Positions 28,594 through 42,101 of a DNA stretch of 64,000 bases are shown in pieces. Location of the stretch: NCBI GenBank assembly GCA_951406725.2, contig OX597816.1, positions 36,766,001 through 36,830,000 of the forward strand, given 5' to 3'. Made by a program: the position numbers and the translations under genes. Numbering within the stretch: position 1 is the stretch's first letter; every line of letters starts with the position of its first letter. Source of the stretch: Octopus vulgaris (taxonomy: Eukaryota). The notes beneath the pieces are model-generated. The model saw only the letters and a program-made list of their open reading frames with translations, was not told the DNA's origin and did no database searches.

Positions 28594-30312
28594 TGTTTCT
28601 TTATTAGCCACACAGGGCTGCACACAGATAGAACAAATTACAAGGTAGAGCTTTTCTTTTGGGGGTAAAAAAAGGAGAGTGGTGGTTTTCGATCAAAAGG
28701 GATCGTAAAAGGAAGGAAAAAGGACAAAAAAATGGGAGGGGTTAAAAAAGGGGGGGGGAGAAACAAAAAATGAATAATAGGGATCGTTATCACAGAAATG
28801 TCAATATGAAGTGTAAAGGGGAGGACAGGTGAGGTTTACCCGTGGAAAGAAAAGCCTACGGAAAAGACCACGGTATCCTCGGTCAATGAAGTCACATGTT
28901 ATATTTCTTTTTTTTTTTTGCAAATAAGCAACTCTCTGTATTAATTTTTATGGTTCATAGAATCATAGTCAAGGTGGCTTCGTCATTCATACGTGCCATC
29001 CTTGCTACATTCACCCATCTTTTTTTAAAACATTCACTAGACAAAACTTGCCTCTCTACTCTCACTTTCCTCTTCAAGTGATACTTGAAGAAGTTGATGA
29101 GAGATTGACCAGAGAGGAAAGTGTTTGTCTCCAATCCTTTCAGGCGCGTCCACCAGATACATTCTTTCGCCATAGCCACAAGTATGATAAAAATAGCTCT
29201 TCCTTCCCGTTTGAAGGAAGGAGGCGTGACGATATTAACGATAGACTCGGCTGATAAACCGACACGTCCCACACGTGACAGCAGTCGATCGACATAAGCC
29301 CACAGGTCGGAAATTGCTGGACACTGCACGATTGCGTGCAGAGCGGTTTCGTCGCTCTGACCGCATCTCGGGCAGGTCGGCCCCGTGTTTCTCGAGCCAT
29401 GCCTATAGAGCTTATCCCGAACGGGTAGCGCTTCTCGGTAGCACCGCCAGGCCAGGGATCTCTGGAAGTTGTCCATAGGTCCCGGGCCGAAAGTCGTTTG
29501 AAACAGGCGGGTCAGGTATTCCTCGTCGACGCCCAGGTTTGCCCCGAGCTCGTCGTCGTACCTCCCCTCCACTAAACCCCTATAGAATGCTTTGGTTGTG
29601 TTGAAGTCACTCAAGGTCGACCCGGGACGGCAGAGTTGCTTGAGAGCAACGCGACACTCGCGGTGCCAATCGCCCTTCCTCGGCCTCTTTTTGATCCACG
29701 ACTGTAGTTCGGTCATGGAGACGAGTTGCGGGAATGCGTGCCTCACAAACGGCGACCACACCTGTTCACCGTCGTCTACATAGAGCCGGAGATGTCGCAG
29801 TCTCAGCGCGTGTCTGCGCATCATCAACCACGGCATGCCCAGCCCTCCTTTTAACGGGTGTTGACAGCAAATGGATCGCCTGACCATCGGGACGCATCCT
29901 TTCCACAAGAAGCGGAAAAGGATGCGTTCTATTTTGGTGATGGTAGGGTCGGGACAAGGTACGACGGTCAGGCGGTAGTAGATGATGGACGCGATGTACG
30001 CGTTCACCACCTCCGCCCGACCTTTTAGGGACAGTTTCCTCTCGGCCCATTGCTGGGCGAGAGTGACCACCCTACTCGTTATCTCGTTCCAGTTCTTCTC
30101 CATTTGGAGGTCCGGACCGAACCAGACCCCGAGCAACTCAACCGGGCCGTCTGTCCAGCGTCCCACGACGGAGGTACTGGTGGACGGCTGGGCTTGCTTC
30201 TCCAGGTGCCGAGCCGCAAGCCCACTGACTTTTCCCGGTTGATTTTTGCTCCTGTCACCGCTTCGTAGTCTTTCAGTGTCTCGCCGACCCGCTCGATGTG
30301 CTCGTGGCTTGA
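28594..30312 (-). mobile_element. 5'-truncated Tx1/L1-clade LINE
   Basis: ORF2 C-terminal part (GAKINREKS, LGVWFG, LSLKGRAEVVN, GGLGMP, LPVRDKL, CPRC..ETALHAIVQC); 3' UTR with AATAAA at 28600-28605; GC-rich. Confidence 0.92.
28955..30166 (-). CDS. Tx1/L1 ORF2 C-terminal fragment (post-RT region and zinc knuckle), partial
   Basis: 403-aa uninterrupted frame; one frameshift near 30175 joins the upstream piece SHEHIERVGETLKDYEAVTGAKINREKS. Confidence 0.85.
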   Translation of the reverse strand: MGRWTDGPVELLGVWFGPDLQMEKNWNEITSRVVTLAQQWAERKLSLKGRAEVVNAYIASIIYYRLTVVPCPDPTITKIERILFRFLWKGCVPMVRRSICCQHPLKGGLGMPWLMMRRHALRLRHLRLYVDDGEQVWSPFVRHAFPQLVSMTELQSWIKKRPRKGDWHRECRVALKQLCRPGSTLSDFNTTKAFYRGLVEGRYDDELGANLGVDEEYLTRLFQTTFGPGPMDNFQRSLAWRCYREALPVRDKLYRHGSRNTGPTCPRCGQSDETALHAIVQCPAISDLWAYVDRLLSRVGRVGLSAESIVNIVTPPSFKREGRAIFIILVAMAKECIWWTRLKGLETNTFLSGQSLINFFKYHLKRKVRVERQVLSSECFKKRWVNVARMARMNDEATLTMIL

Positions 30313-30313
30313 C

Positions 30314-30406
<93 letters not shown>

Positions 30407-30632
30407 TAAGTATTTTTTCCGGATAAAAATTCATCGTCCATTTAGGGCATTATTCCCTACGTATCGTAGTGTTTTTGTTTTTTCATACTTTATTTCAGAA
30501 ATTCGCTTCATTTCCGTATGAATATATATAAATGAAAAACATTAGAATAATCAATTTATTAGACGGCGTTCAATAAATGTCATGACATAAATGGAACAGT
30601 TTTTCATGCTAACATATATATGCATACATATA

Positions 30633-30687
<55 letters not shown>

Positions 30688-30695
30688 TATATATA

Positions 30696-30762
<67 letters not shown>

Positions 30763-31111
30763 ACATATATATATATATGTTTGTATATATATATATATAT
30801 TCATATATGTATGTATATACATATATATATATATTCACTGATGTTGGCTATGCATTTTTTGGTGGGCCTGAAATCGATCGATATGGTATCATTTCTTTAT
30901 TAGTTGTGATTTTTATTCACAAGATAGGTATTTTTTCGCTCATTCCCTTGCTTTCACCAGTACAGGTGATTTAAAGACATCATGACTTCTATTTCCAGAA
31001 TGGGGCTACTTCTCCCAGTACCCTTCGTTATAATTGTATATATTTATTTATAGTCATAGACATTATATCAAGTTTTACCTCTATGGTCTTTATGCGTGCT
31101 AGACACTGATA

Positions 31112-31279
31112 TTCTTCTTCTTCTTCTTCTTCTTCTTCTTCTTCTTCTTCTTCTTCTTCTTCTTCTTCTTCTTCTTCTTCTTCTTCTCCTCCTTCTTTTT
31201 CTTCTTCTTCTCCTTCTTCTTCTTCTACTTTTTCTTTTTATTATTATTATTAGTAGTAGTAGTAGTCGTAGTAGTAGTC

Positions 31280-31318
<39 letters not shown>

Positions 31319-31330
31319 TCATCATTATTT
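31112..31330. repeat. Compound (TTC)n-(TTA)n-(TAG)n microsatellite
   Basis: Direct reading. Confidence 0.95.
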
Positions 31331-31740
31331 AATAATAATGGTAATTTTATCCTTTATATATATACACAGATACATGTGCGTACACACGTACACACAACCA
31401 GGCATATTATACGCATCTTTTAACATTACTTTTTTTAAAATTCTGCTACTTATTCTAACGTTTTCATTTGGCGAACCACTATCTTAGGGGGATGTTAACA
31501 CAAATAACACCAGCGGTCAAAAGGTGGAGAGAGACGAACACAAACACACACCGTGTTTGTGTGTGTGTGTCTGTCTGTCTGTCTGTCTGTGTGTGTGTGC
31601 GTCTGTCTGTGTGTGTGTCTGTCTGTGTGTGTGTGTTTATACGTGCATCCTTTAATATTCTTTCCACCTGAAATACAATTTGAACCCAATATGTACATGC
31701 TATTATTTCTAACATTACCAGTTTCGAGTTCCAATTGCAT

Positions 31741-31787
<47 letters not shown>

Positions 31788-33170
31788 TTTTAGAGATAGA
31801 AGTCCCCATGCAATTCATCAAATACTAATATTTTAATATTTACTAATCATTTCTAAATTTCTCTTCTATACGTGTTTCATGAGGTGCGTTTAACGTTCCA
31901 TAGACACGCAGTCTTTTGCAGGAACATTTCTTAACTGCAACCCCAATCGTCAGGACCTCTGGTAAATTTATTAAAATTCAATAACAATTTCTATGTTTTA
32001 ATATTTTAACAGTTACGAATGTAATTAACAGACAAATATGCGTGCGTGCGTGCAAATAAATTTGCTGAATCTTGCTGTGCAATCCATAATTTAATTGATT
32101 AGAAATTAAAAATTTACAAAACTAAATTCAAACGTGACATGCGTATAAATATGTAGGAATGAAAATTATAATATACTAGCACTATGTCCAGGCAACGCCG
32201 GGTCATAATGCTAGTACATGCATATACAGCTGCGTGCGTGCGCACATACACGCGAGTACTGTCCAAATCTCCGACCAGTCACATACAGCTAGCTGTCATT
32301 CAATTGGCATATCAAATTTTGAGCATTTTGATTGGGTTTTGGATAGAAAATTCACAAAAAGTCACATATATTAATTTTTTAATGTCCTTGCGGGGTGGCT
32401 GGGGAAATGTAAAGATGTGCACGGCCATCCTTGGACGGTGTTGAATAACCTTAGAAAGTGTGAGCCCCCTAACTGAAAAATTGTGGATTTGTATAAAGAG
32501 CACACACGCAGATATTTTGCCGTTTATATATAGAGAGATAATAGTGATGATATAATAATGAAAAGACTATATAATACAGGGATGATAATATAAACAATGA
32601 CAAAGAAATATATATTCGAATAAAAACTATGGTTAAAAGTGGACGTAAACAAATGCGAATGAATGACAAAATGCAAAAATATATATAAACGAAATCTACG
32701 GAGAAAAGTAATTACAAATGATAACATATATTAATTTACAAAGTAAAAATTAGAGTGTAATAACCTAAAAATAACGTTTAAAATATCGGAAAACAAATGT
32801 CGTAAAAATATGTATATACAAGCTACCGTTGTATAACATTGTCATACTACGTACTAAGTTCAGCTTAATGTCGCAAGGCTCGGCGAAAATATCTACTATC
32901 TCACCTACTTGCTGCTTCTTTTAAACTATTGCTTAATTAGCATATTCACTTAATAGTAACAATGGTCAAGGAAATAAAACGATGCATCACGGGAGCATTA
33001 CTTTCTTTAATTTCGGATTATTCCCACCCTAAATAACGTTAAACGCACCTCATGAAACACGTGTAGAAGAGAAATTTAGAAATGATTAGTAAATATTAAA
33101 ATAAAATTCTATGATATGGTGTGATGTATGTTAGGATTTCAAGAATTGCATGGGGACTTCTATCTCTAAA
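31788..33170. mobile_element. Element bounded by inverted arms of about 100 bp, carrying a nested Helitron
   Basis: 31790-31897 is the reverse complement of 33034-33170, with an insert in the right arm; (TA)n flanks. Confidence 0.65.
32176..32538 (-). mobile_element. Non-autonomous Helitron
   Basis: Minus strand A|TCTCTCTATATATAAA start; GC hairpin and CTAG|T end at 32176. Confidence 0.65.
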
Positions 33171-33259
33171 TAATATATATTTCCTCATCAAGAATAATTC
33201 ATTTTACTTGAATACCTGTGACGCCGTAATTTTTCTTCTCTAATAAATAAAATAATATA

Positions 33260-33321
<62 letters not shown>

Positions 33322-33326
33322 CTATG

Positions 33327-33369
<43 letters not shown>

Positions 33370-33374
33370 ATGTC

Positions 33375-33424
<50 letters not shown>

Positions 33425-33427
<3 letters not shown>

Positions 33428-34598
33428 TATTATAAAAGGCAGATTTTATCTGCCTCGCTTTGTCAGTTATAGAAATCTACAATATAGGATTTCTTCAATT
33501 ACAATTTACCTAGCATTTTTAAGAGTAGAATGCATCGGGTTTTGCCAGGTCCACTTTTTTAAATTTAAACTCCAATTAAGCAAAATTTACAGAAAACTCA
33601 CATTCTGGTGTGTATGTCAAATGCTTTTCTTAGTCTGGTTTACAGCACACGCAAACGCACACACACAGTGTGCAACGAATAAAGTGAAACTAGATGTAAT
33701 ATTTGTTTCTGTCTATCACGCTGATAGATACATGAGTAAAATGTATGGCAAGCTAACAGATAAGAGTGAGTGAAAATGTTCTTGGAAGAGAGTAAATAGC
33801 GACAGAGTGATTTGAGGAAGACTAAACTGAAAGTATGAAACAGTGTTTATGTATAAACAGACGACACTTATATAAACCCTTTCGTTACCAAACCGCCCGA
33901 ATTTACCTATTCATATTTAAATGAGAATATCAGAGTAAATCTCTTTAGTACATTCGTGAAAACACGTATTATACTTCGTAAACACTTCAAATACAGTTTT
34001 GTACAAAAATCGAAGTGTAATTTTAATTCCGGGAATTATGGGAGATTTTTTTCCGAAATTTGTTCCTATTGTGTTTTCAAAATTTGTAATTCTGACAAAA
34101 AATGGATACGAATTTCATTATATCAAACAGCGTGTCAGAATTCGAAGGATTTTCTACTGAAGACCTTCATAAATCTAACTCTATGACTGAAAAAAAAAGC
34201 ATCTTTATATAAGAGTGAAGTTGTGTGTCTGTCTCCTACGATTTAGATTCGTAACTACTCCCACATTTTGTGGTGCAGTTTAACCAAAAGCGGGTATCTT
34301 ATAGCCGTGATTCATATCGAGCCCTTCTGGGTATTAGCGCGCGTCTACGATGAGTCTACGATTTAAAAAAAATTTACCATCATATTTTTTCCATTTTAAT
34401 GCATTTTTTTCGCTTTTATATAAGGGAAGTAACTCTCTAAAAATATCGACGATGTGTCAATGATTTAAAAAAAAAATTTACCTTAATTTTTTTTCAATTT
34501 TTAATGCATATCTTTGCTATTTTTAGGCTATAACTCTCTAAAAATGCTTATATAGTTATTTCCCTTACAACCCGAGCAACGCCGGGCGATACTGCTAG
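33425..34598 (+). mobile_element. Composite Helitron (two 5' TC ends, one hairpin-CTAG 3' end)
   Basis: A|TCTTATTATAAAAG at 33425; internal A|TCTTTATATAAG at 34202 starts a copy of the 12391 family ending CCCGAGCAACGCCGGG...CTAG|T. Confidence 0.7.
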
Positions 34599-34611
34599 TA
34601 TATACATATAT

Positions 34612-35363
34612 ATATACAGTCTTTGGTAACAGGGACATGTTAAGGACATAAAAAAGTTCAACAAGTTCCTTAAAATATTGGGCACAAAAGATTACAACAA
34701 ATATATTATACATCTCAAGATAATTTCCAGGAGGAATTATTAAAAAAGTTCAGTATACACGTACAGAATATTATGAGTTCAAAAAGATTTACATTATAAT
34801 AGTGGTGACGCTAAAACTGACCTGTCCGTTTTAGGAGGAGTAATGTGGAACTGAAAAGAATTTACCCTTTTTTTTTTTTTTGTCTCTCCTTCAAGCATCA
34901 ATGATTTTGGGGTCAGGATGGGGTGAGTGTGTGTGTCTTTGTGTGTGTGTGTGCGTGTATACATACATATGTGGTGTGAATAGATGTGTCTGTGTGTCTG
35001 TAAGATCTGGCAGGATGGTGTGTCCGTTTGTCAAACGCGTGTGTGGTTGTCTTGGTGTTGTGTGTGTGTGTGTGTATGTATGTATGTGTGTGGATGGCAT
35101 TTGGCATGGTGCTGCGTGTGTATATGTGTGTCTGTATAGAGGTGAGATTGGTGTGAGTGTGTGTGTCCTTGTGTGTGTGCATATATATGTATACATGTGT
35201 TTGTGTAGGCTGTTTTTGATTGGAACCAATCAAAAACATCCCCCACACATACACAAACACAGAACGATTATGTATGTAGTAATCTTTTGTGCCCAATATT
35301 TTAAGGAACTTGTTGAACTTTTTTATGTCTTTAACATGTCCCTGTTACCAAAGACTGTATATA
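34612..35363. mobile_element. MITE-like element with about 84-bp terminal inverted repeats
   Basis: tatacagtctttggtaacagggacatg...aaagattac (34612-34695) has a near-perfect reverse complement at 35278-35363; TA flanks. Confidence 0.8.
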
Positions 35364-35542
35364 TGTAAGGTAGCAATTTGCAACAACCAATAATTAATGC
35401 AAACAAACTTCTACATGTTACTTTTGACAATCTTTTTCCAAAGACTGAAACCGGTAAAGTAAATAAACATCTTTTAAATTGCATTTTCAAACCTTCTTTC
35501 GTATATAGTTCCACTCGTGCGGTACCCCACAACTCCACTTTG

Positions 35543-35589
<47 letters not shown>

Positions 35590-36027
35590 CCATTTGCAAT
35601 GCTTGTACATTTTCCAGTAACTCTCTGTCGCTATTGAATCCTATCTTTCATCCTATGCAACAGGTCAGAGACCTGGCATTTTTATATGTGTGTATGTATG
35701 TATGCATGTATGTATGTGTTTCTGTATATACATATATACGTATGTATGCATGTATATGTGTAGAATACTGGGTGCGTAAAGATTTCGAAAATTCTTACCA
35801 ATTGAAAGAATATTAAATTCATGTTCTAATCACTTTGAGTCATGCCTCAAAGTGCCTTTTGCTTTTTCTCGTTTAACCAGCAACAGGCGATTAAGGCCAT
35901 TGAAGCACGCCATTGGAACTGCCTTTTCCTAAGAAATAAGGACTTTCATTCATGAGAAAATCACTATGCTTTTGAACATGTATCTCTTTCTGACATTATT
36001 GCTTTATTATTATTATCATCATTATTA

Positions 36028-36080
<53 letters not shown>

Positions 36081-36090
36081 TTTATTTTTA

Positions 36091-36167
<77 letters not shown>

Positions 36168-37280
36168 ATCTTCCCCTCTGTAGAATGTCTCCATAATATT
36201 AGTATATCTTATATATATATATATATACACATATTAGTTGAAATGCATTATAGTTATGGCCAAACCGATTGAAGAAATTGAGAAAGAAGAAAGGAAAAAC
36301 ATTTGTTAACAGATATTTAACACTGATTACTGTAACATTTTATAAGGTCCGTTATTCGAAATAATATTCTTCAATATATCTTCAATGATACAACTTCGTA
36401 ATATTCACTTGGATCAAAGCAAAAATGAATCTAGCCAAAGTAATTATTTTATGAAATGTGCGGACGTTTTGGCTTTTTCTTTTCGCTTTTTTTTTCTTGC
36501 AGTAAGAAATGCATTCTTCCAAAGACGCAAGTGCATTTTAGTAGTATCATTAAGTTTGCGAGATTAGCTAAAAGTAAGGTGAGTAGCGACATTTGATGTG
36601 ATAGTTACTCTGTAGTTAGGAAAAATGTCATTTCGGAGTTAATACAGAAAGAAACAAAACTGATTTGATGTATTTATGAAAGTAGAAAGGACATCTTCCT
36701 CTTAACCCGATTATACATTCAGAGTCCATTCACATTGGCGACAATGTGAGGAAAGTGATAACACCAAGAAACGTGATTATCATGGAGCTGAACCGTCGGT
36801 GGAATTATACTCTGTCTCTCAGCAATGTTTTCCGAGTCTCTAGAATGCATCCATTAATTTCCGAAAGATATTGCTCGCCAAATATGCAGGAGATGCTAAA
36901 GGCAAAAATAAGCAAACAAAATACCATCAGTAGTCTCGTTCCAATCTGTTGATGAGACCGACAAAGTCTCGAAATGTCTTCATAGAATGCTAAACAATTT
37001 TGACAGGGAACGCAAAATTTGCAACGAAAGATATTTTAAGGACGATATAAGAAATATTGAAAACATGTTTCCTCTCTCTGGTTACCAGGAATATATATGT
37101 ATATACGTATGAATTAATTTAAATATGGCTTTGTTTTGTTAATGAATAAATGCATGTATGAAACATTCTCATGTATAAATACGTAGATAAACTATGCATT
37201 TTGTCTACTCTAAAAAATTAAACTTATACACAAGCCATATCTCTTGTATTCATGAGTGTTTCGGCTATATGTATACATGC

Positions 37281-37360
<80 letters not shown>

Positions 37361-37875
37361 GACTCTATATATCTGATTGTATCATTTTGATGTGCATGCA
37401 CAAGCATGCATACATATATATACTTGTATGCACACATACTCACACTCATACATATATATGTGTGCATGCATGTATAAATACATACATACATACATACATA
37501 AAGCAAACCAAATGAAATTCTCCATAAAATAGCGAGTTTAAATAGGAAAAGAAATTACACGTTATATGATTTAAACAAGCTGTATACGCGTTGCTCTCAT
37601 TAGGTATCTTATGCGCTTATAATGAATTGTCGACACTGTTATAGAATCAAATTATAGCAATAAGTGTGGCGAACTTGATTAAGGAATAATCTTATATATT
37701 TACTAGAAGATGGAATATTCATCTTATAATATGAAACTTATTTGTTGCCATTCATTGTGTTTATGAAAGGATGCGAAATATACCAAAAATTATCAGGTTT
37801 CATAGAACAGAATATAATACACTGCTGATCAGTGTCCATTATCAGGGACGTTGGTAATAGGATAAATATACAATT

Positions 37876-37937
<62 letters not shown>

Positions 37938-37939
37938 GG

Positions 37940-37980
<41 letters not shown>

Positions 37981-38032
37981 ACATATATGCATATATATAA
38001 ATGTATGTAAATATGTATGTATGTATGTATGC

Positions 38033-38873
38033 ACAGGGTGCGATGGGTAAATTTTTGCCATTTTATGTTTCGTGCATACGCATTTTGGGTTTTATAGACT
38101 ACACAGCATAGACGGATCACTTGGGTGCCGTCTGTAAGGAAAATAGCACCATGACACAACTCACTCTGAAAGAAGTTTGCAAACGACGTACTGTGCTGCA
38201 TGCCATTCGCGACGGAAGCTCCAATACGAAGATTTCAGAGTGCCTCGGAGTGAATCTGAGGACAGTGGATGTACCAAGAGCGATACAAATAAAATATCCA
38301 GTCAACATCATGGCGTTTGGAGTGATGTCTAGGATGCCGACTTTATGCCTCATTTTATCCTCCTACACGGTCTCAGACTTAAGACAGAGGCCTACACCAA
38401 ATGCCTGGAGGAATCAGTTCTTCCCTGGGTCAGGAGGGTGGCTGCCGAAAGACCTTATGTCTAGCAACAGGAATCTGCACCATGCCACGCAAGCAGGAGA
38501 ACCCAATCATGGCTGTCAGACAGTTTCTGCGACCAAAGGACCACCAACGTCTGGTCATCTAACTCCCCAGACTGCAATGTGTGGTGCGCAGTTGAGCGAG
38601 AGACCAACAAAACTCCTTGTAATACCAAAGATGAACTGAAGGTAAATATTATATGAGCATTCACCAACTGAAGCAAGTCGAGCCTCCAGTAGAATAGCAG
38701 GAGATTCGGAAGTCGTCCGGCGGTCATGGTTTAAGGCAATGGCGATTTTATTGAATAACTTTACTCCTTAGTATTTTTAAGTAACTTTATCAAATATATC
38801 TATTAAAATGAGATGTCAGTGTTATTTTCAATTTTGCTTAATTCAGACGACAGTTTATTCACTGTACCCTGTA
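38033..38873 (+). mobile_element. Internally deleted Tc1/mariner element, probably maT (DD37D)-like
   Basis: Ends acagggtgcgatgg / cactgtaccctgta; HTH ISECLGVNLRTV, KYPVNIMAFGV and WSSNSPDC (WPxxSPD motif). Confidence 0.75.
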
Positions 38874-38992
38874 CATATGATATATATATGATACATAAAT
38901 GCACAGTGTATTATCCACTAGCGCACGCACAAACATTCATATGAATATTTACACGAAAAACGTATACGTGCGTGCGCGTGTATGTGTGCGCC

Positions 38993-39042
<50 letters not shown>

Positions 39043-39176
39043 TATATATATATATATGTATATACATATGAATATATATGTATATATATACATATATGTA
39101 TATATGTATATAGACATACATATATATATATATGTATATAGACATACATATATATATATATATCCACATATACATA

Positions 39177-39238
<62 letters not shown>

Positions 39239-39239
39239 C

Positions 39240-39286
<47 letters not shown>

Positions 39287-40077
39287 TAAACGTTCAAAAA
39301 CCTAAATGCAAATATGCACATACAAACAAAACAGGAGTGTTTTCGTAATATCGCCCGATACTTTCAGATAAGAGTATATAATGTTTATTTCTGTTAGGCG
39401 GGGACGTTTATATAGCTTTTTGTGTAAACATGCATATTTGTGTCTCTAACGACTGCCAGTACTTAGTAGACCAATGACAAATTATATTATCTTTTAAAGA
39501 TTAATAGTAAAATATTGATAAGACATATGGCGATCATACTGCAATCTCTTGAGCTTGGTTAGCTTTAATCACATATATTTTCCTTTCATACACACAATCG
39601 TATTGCAAATACCTTTCTTAATCTAATACAATAAGATGTATTTCCCTCCTTCTAGTTAGTATAAAAGCTAATTACTTAATCTAATTTTACATTTTTAGTT
39701 GTCATAGTACTATCGACAACCTTGTATAACTAATGAGAATTATGCAAACTCTGAAGATTTACAATGCAAACGTCTTTTTTCATATTTAAGTGGACATTTT
39801 TATTGATAATAAATCTTGTGTAAGGTAATTTACTTAAATATTTTATGGACAGAATCTGGTATTTTGCGTGGCTGTCTTTATGTTCAATGTAATCCATAAA
39901 ACTAGAGAGTCTAATGAAATCAAACCGGGACAATTTACATTTATAAAGTGCACTTTCATATTTCTCCTTCACTTAAGAGGAATACATACAGGCATGATGT
40001 ACTAAGATATATGTACACACACACATATTTATGCATACTTTTTATTTAGGTTTATGAACGTTTATGCATACACACAC

Positions 40078-40124
<47 letters not shown>

Positions 40125-40408
40125 CAACAATTGAGGGTAAAATTAATTAATTATTAATCAATTTCACCAAGTGTTCAGTATGCAAAGGGACCATTTAAGG
40201 CGAATTCAAATTATTACATTATATAAAAGGGCTTAGTAAAATAAATTACTTTGCCGCATACTGAACTCATTAGAAATAGCAGCTAAAAAACTTTTTTAAA
40301 GCTATTTCTAATACTTAAAGAAAATCTCTCTCATATATAGTGTTTGCTTAATCTAACTCACAAAAGTTTGGGGGTAAGGACATCAAAAAATCAAATGCTA
40401 AGGTTATT

Positions 40409-40460
40409 TGAGAACGTACGTTTCAAGATTAGTCAAAACAACACTTCTATCATCAGCTCA
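40409..40460 (-). ncRNA. Type I hammerhead ribozyme motif, copy 1
   Basis: Minus strand TGAG-CTGATGA-(25-nt stem-loop II)-GAAAC-GTAC-GTT-CTCA; stem I TGAG/CTCA; palindrome ACGTACGT. Confidence 0.78.
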
Positions 40461-40953
40461 GAAACTCCTTGGTTTGGATTTGGAAACACTGAAAGTAAGA
40501 ACATACCCTTTCGAAGATCTGCTCGCAACTAACAGTGCCAACAAACCCAAATAAGCAAGCGAAGAATTTCTGTTCTCCCCTTTCCACCAGCGTGGGTTAA
40601 AATCATCAAACACTATGCTTATTTCGGTAAAATCCGAAGCATTAATTAGAGGGAGATTAATTATAATTTCAACAATTGAGGGTAAAATTAATTAATTATT
40701 AATCAATTTCACCAAGTGTTCAGTATGCAAAGGGACCATTTAAGGCGAATTCAAATTATTACATTATATAAAAGGGCTTAGTAAAATAAATTACTTTGCC
40801 GCATACTGAACTCATTAGAAATAGCAGCTAAAAAACTTTTTTAAAGCTATTTCTAATACTTAAAGAAAATCTCTCTCATATATAGTGTTTGCTTAATCTA
40901 ACTCACAAAAGTTTGGGGGTAAGGACATCAAAAAATCAAATGCTAAGTTTATT

Positions 40954-41005
40954 TGAGAACGTACGTTTCAAGATTAGTCAAAACAACACTTCTATCATCA
41001 GCTCA
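40954..41005 (-). ncRNA. Type I hammerhead ribozyme motif, copy 2
   Basis: Identical to copy 1, offset +545. Confidence 0.78.
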
Positions 41006-41498
41006 GAAACTCCTTGGTTTGGATTTGGAAACACTGAAAGTAAGAACATACCCTTTCGAAGATCTGCTCGCAACTAACAGTGCCAACAAACCCAAATAAG
41101 CAAGCGAAGAATTTCTGTTCTCCCCTTTCCACCAGCGTGGGTTAAAATCATCAAACACTATGCTTATTTCGGTAAAATCCGAAGCATTAATTAGAGGGAG
41201 ATTAATTATAATTTCAACAATTGAGGGTAAAATTAATTAATTATTAATCAATTTCACCAAGTGTTCAGTATGCAAAGGGACCATTTAAGGCGAATTCAAA
41301 TTATTACATTATATAAAAGGGCTTAGTAAAATAAATTACTTTGCCGCATACTGAAATCATTAGAAATAGCAGCTAAAAAACTTTTTTAAAGCTATTTCTA
41401 ATACTTAAAGAAAATCTCTCTCATATATAGTGTTTGCTTAATCTAACTCACAAAAGTTTGGGGGTAAGGACATCAAAAAATCAAATGCTAAGGTTATT

Positions 41499-41550
41499 TG
41501 AGAACGTACGTTTCAAGATTAGTCAAAACAACACTTCTATCATCAGCTCA
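41499..41550 (-). ncRNA. Type I hammerhead ribozyme motif, copy 3
   Basis: Identical to copy 1, offset +1090. Confidence 0.78.
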
Positions 41551-42043
41551 GAAACTCCTTGGTTTGGATTTGGAAACACTGAAAGTAAGAACATACCCTT
41601 TCGAAGTTCTGCTCGCAACTAACAGTGCCAACAAACCCAAATAAGCAAGCGAAGAATTTCTGTTCTCCCCTTTCCACCAGCGTGGGTTAAAATCACCAAA
41701 CACTATGCTTATTTCGGTAAAATCCGAAGCATTAATTAGAGGGAGATTAATTATAATTTCAACAATTGAGGGTAAAATTAATTAATTATTAATCAATTTC
41801 ACCAAGTGTTCAGTATGCAAAGGGACCATTTAAGGCGAATTCAAATTATTACATTATATAAAAGGGCTTAGTAAAATAAATTACTTTGCCGCATACTGAA
41901 CTCATTAGAAATAGCAGCTAAAAAACTTTTTTAAAGCTATTTCTAATACTTAAAGAAAATCTCTCTCATATATAGTGTTTGCTTAATCTAACTCACAAAA
42001 GTTTGGGGGTAAGGACATCAAAAAATCAAATGCTAAGGTTATT

Positions 42044-42095
42044 TGAGAACGTACGTTTCAAGATTAGTCAAAACAACACTTCTATCATCAGCTCA
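42044..42095 (-). ncRNA. Type I hammerhead ribozyme motif, copy 4
   Basis: Identical to copy 1, offset +1635; the array ends 9 bp further on. Confidence 0.78.
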
Positions 42096-42101
42096 GAAAC
42101 T

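Noticed and set aside
36949-36978. Hammerhead-like TTGATGAGAC...GTCTCGAAAT
   Set aside because: C3 is missing, the stem register is wrong, and there is no stem I or III
39338-39368. Minus-strand CTGAAAG-TATCG..CGATA-TTAC-GAAAA
   Set aside because: The core is incomplete; it may be a decayed motif but cannot be supported
40344-40532. 62-aa ORF repeated in each array unit
   Set aside because: Starts at TTG, has no recognisable motif and lies antisense to the ribozyme; it recurs only because of the repeat
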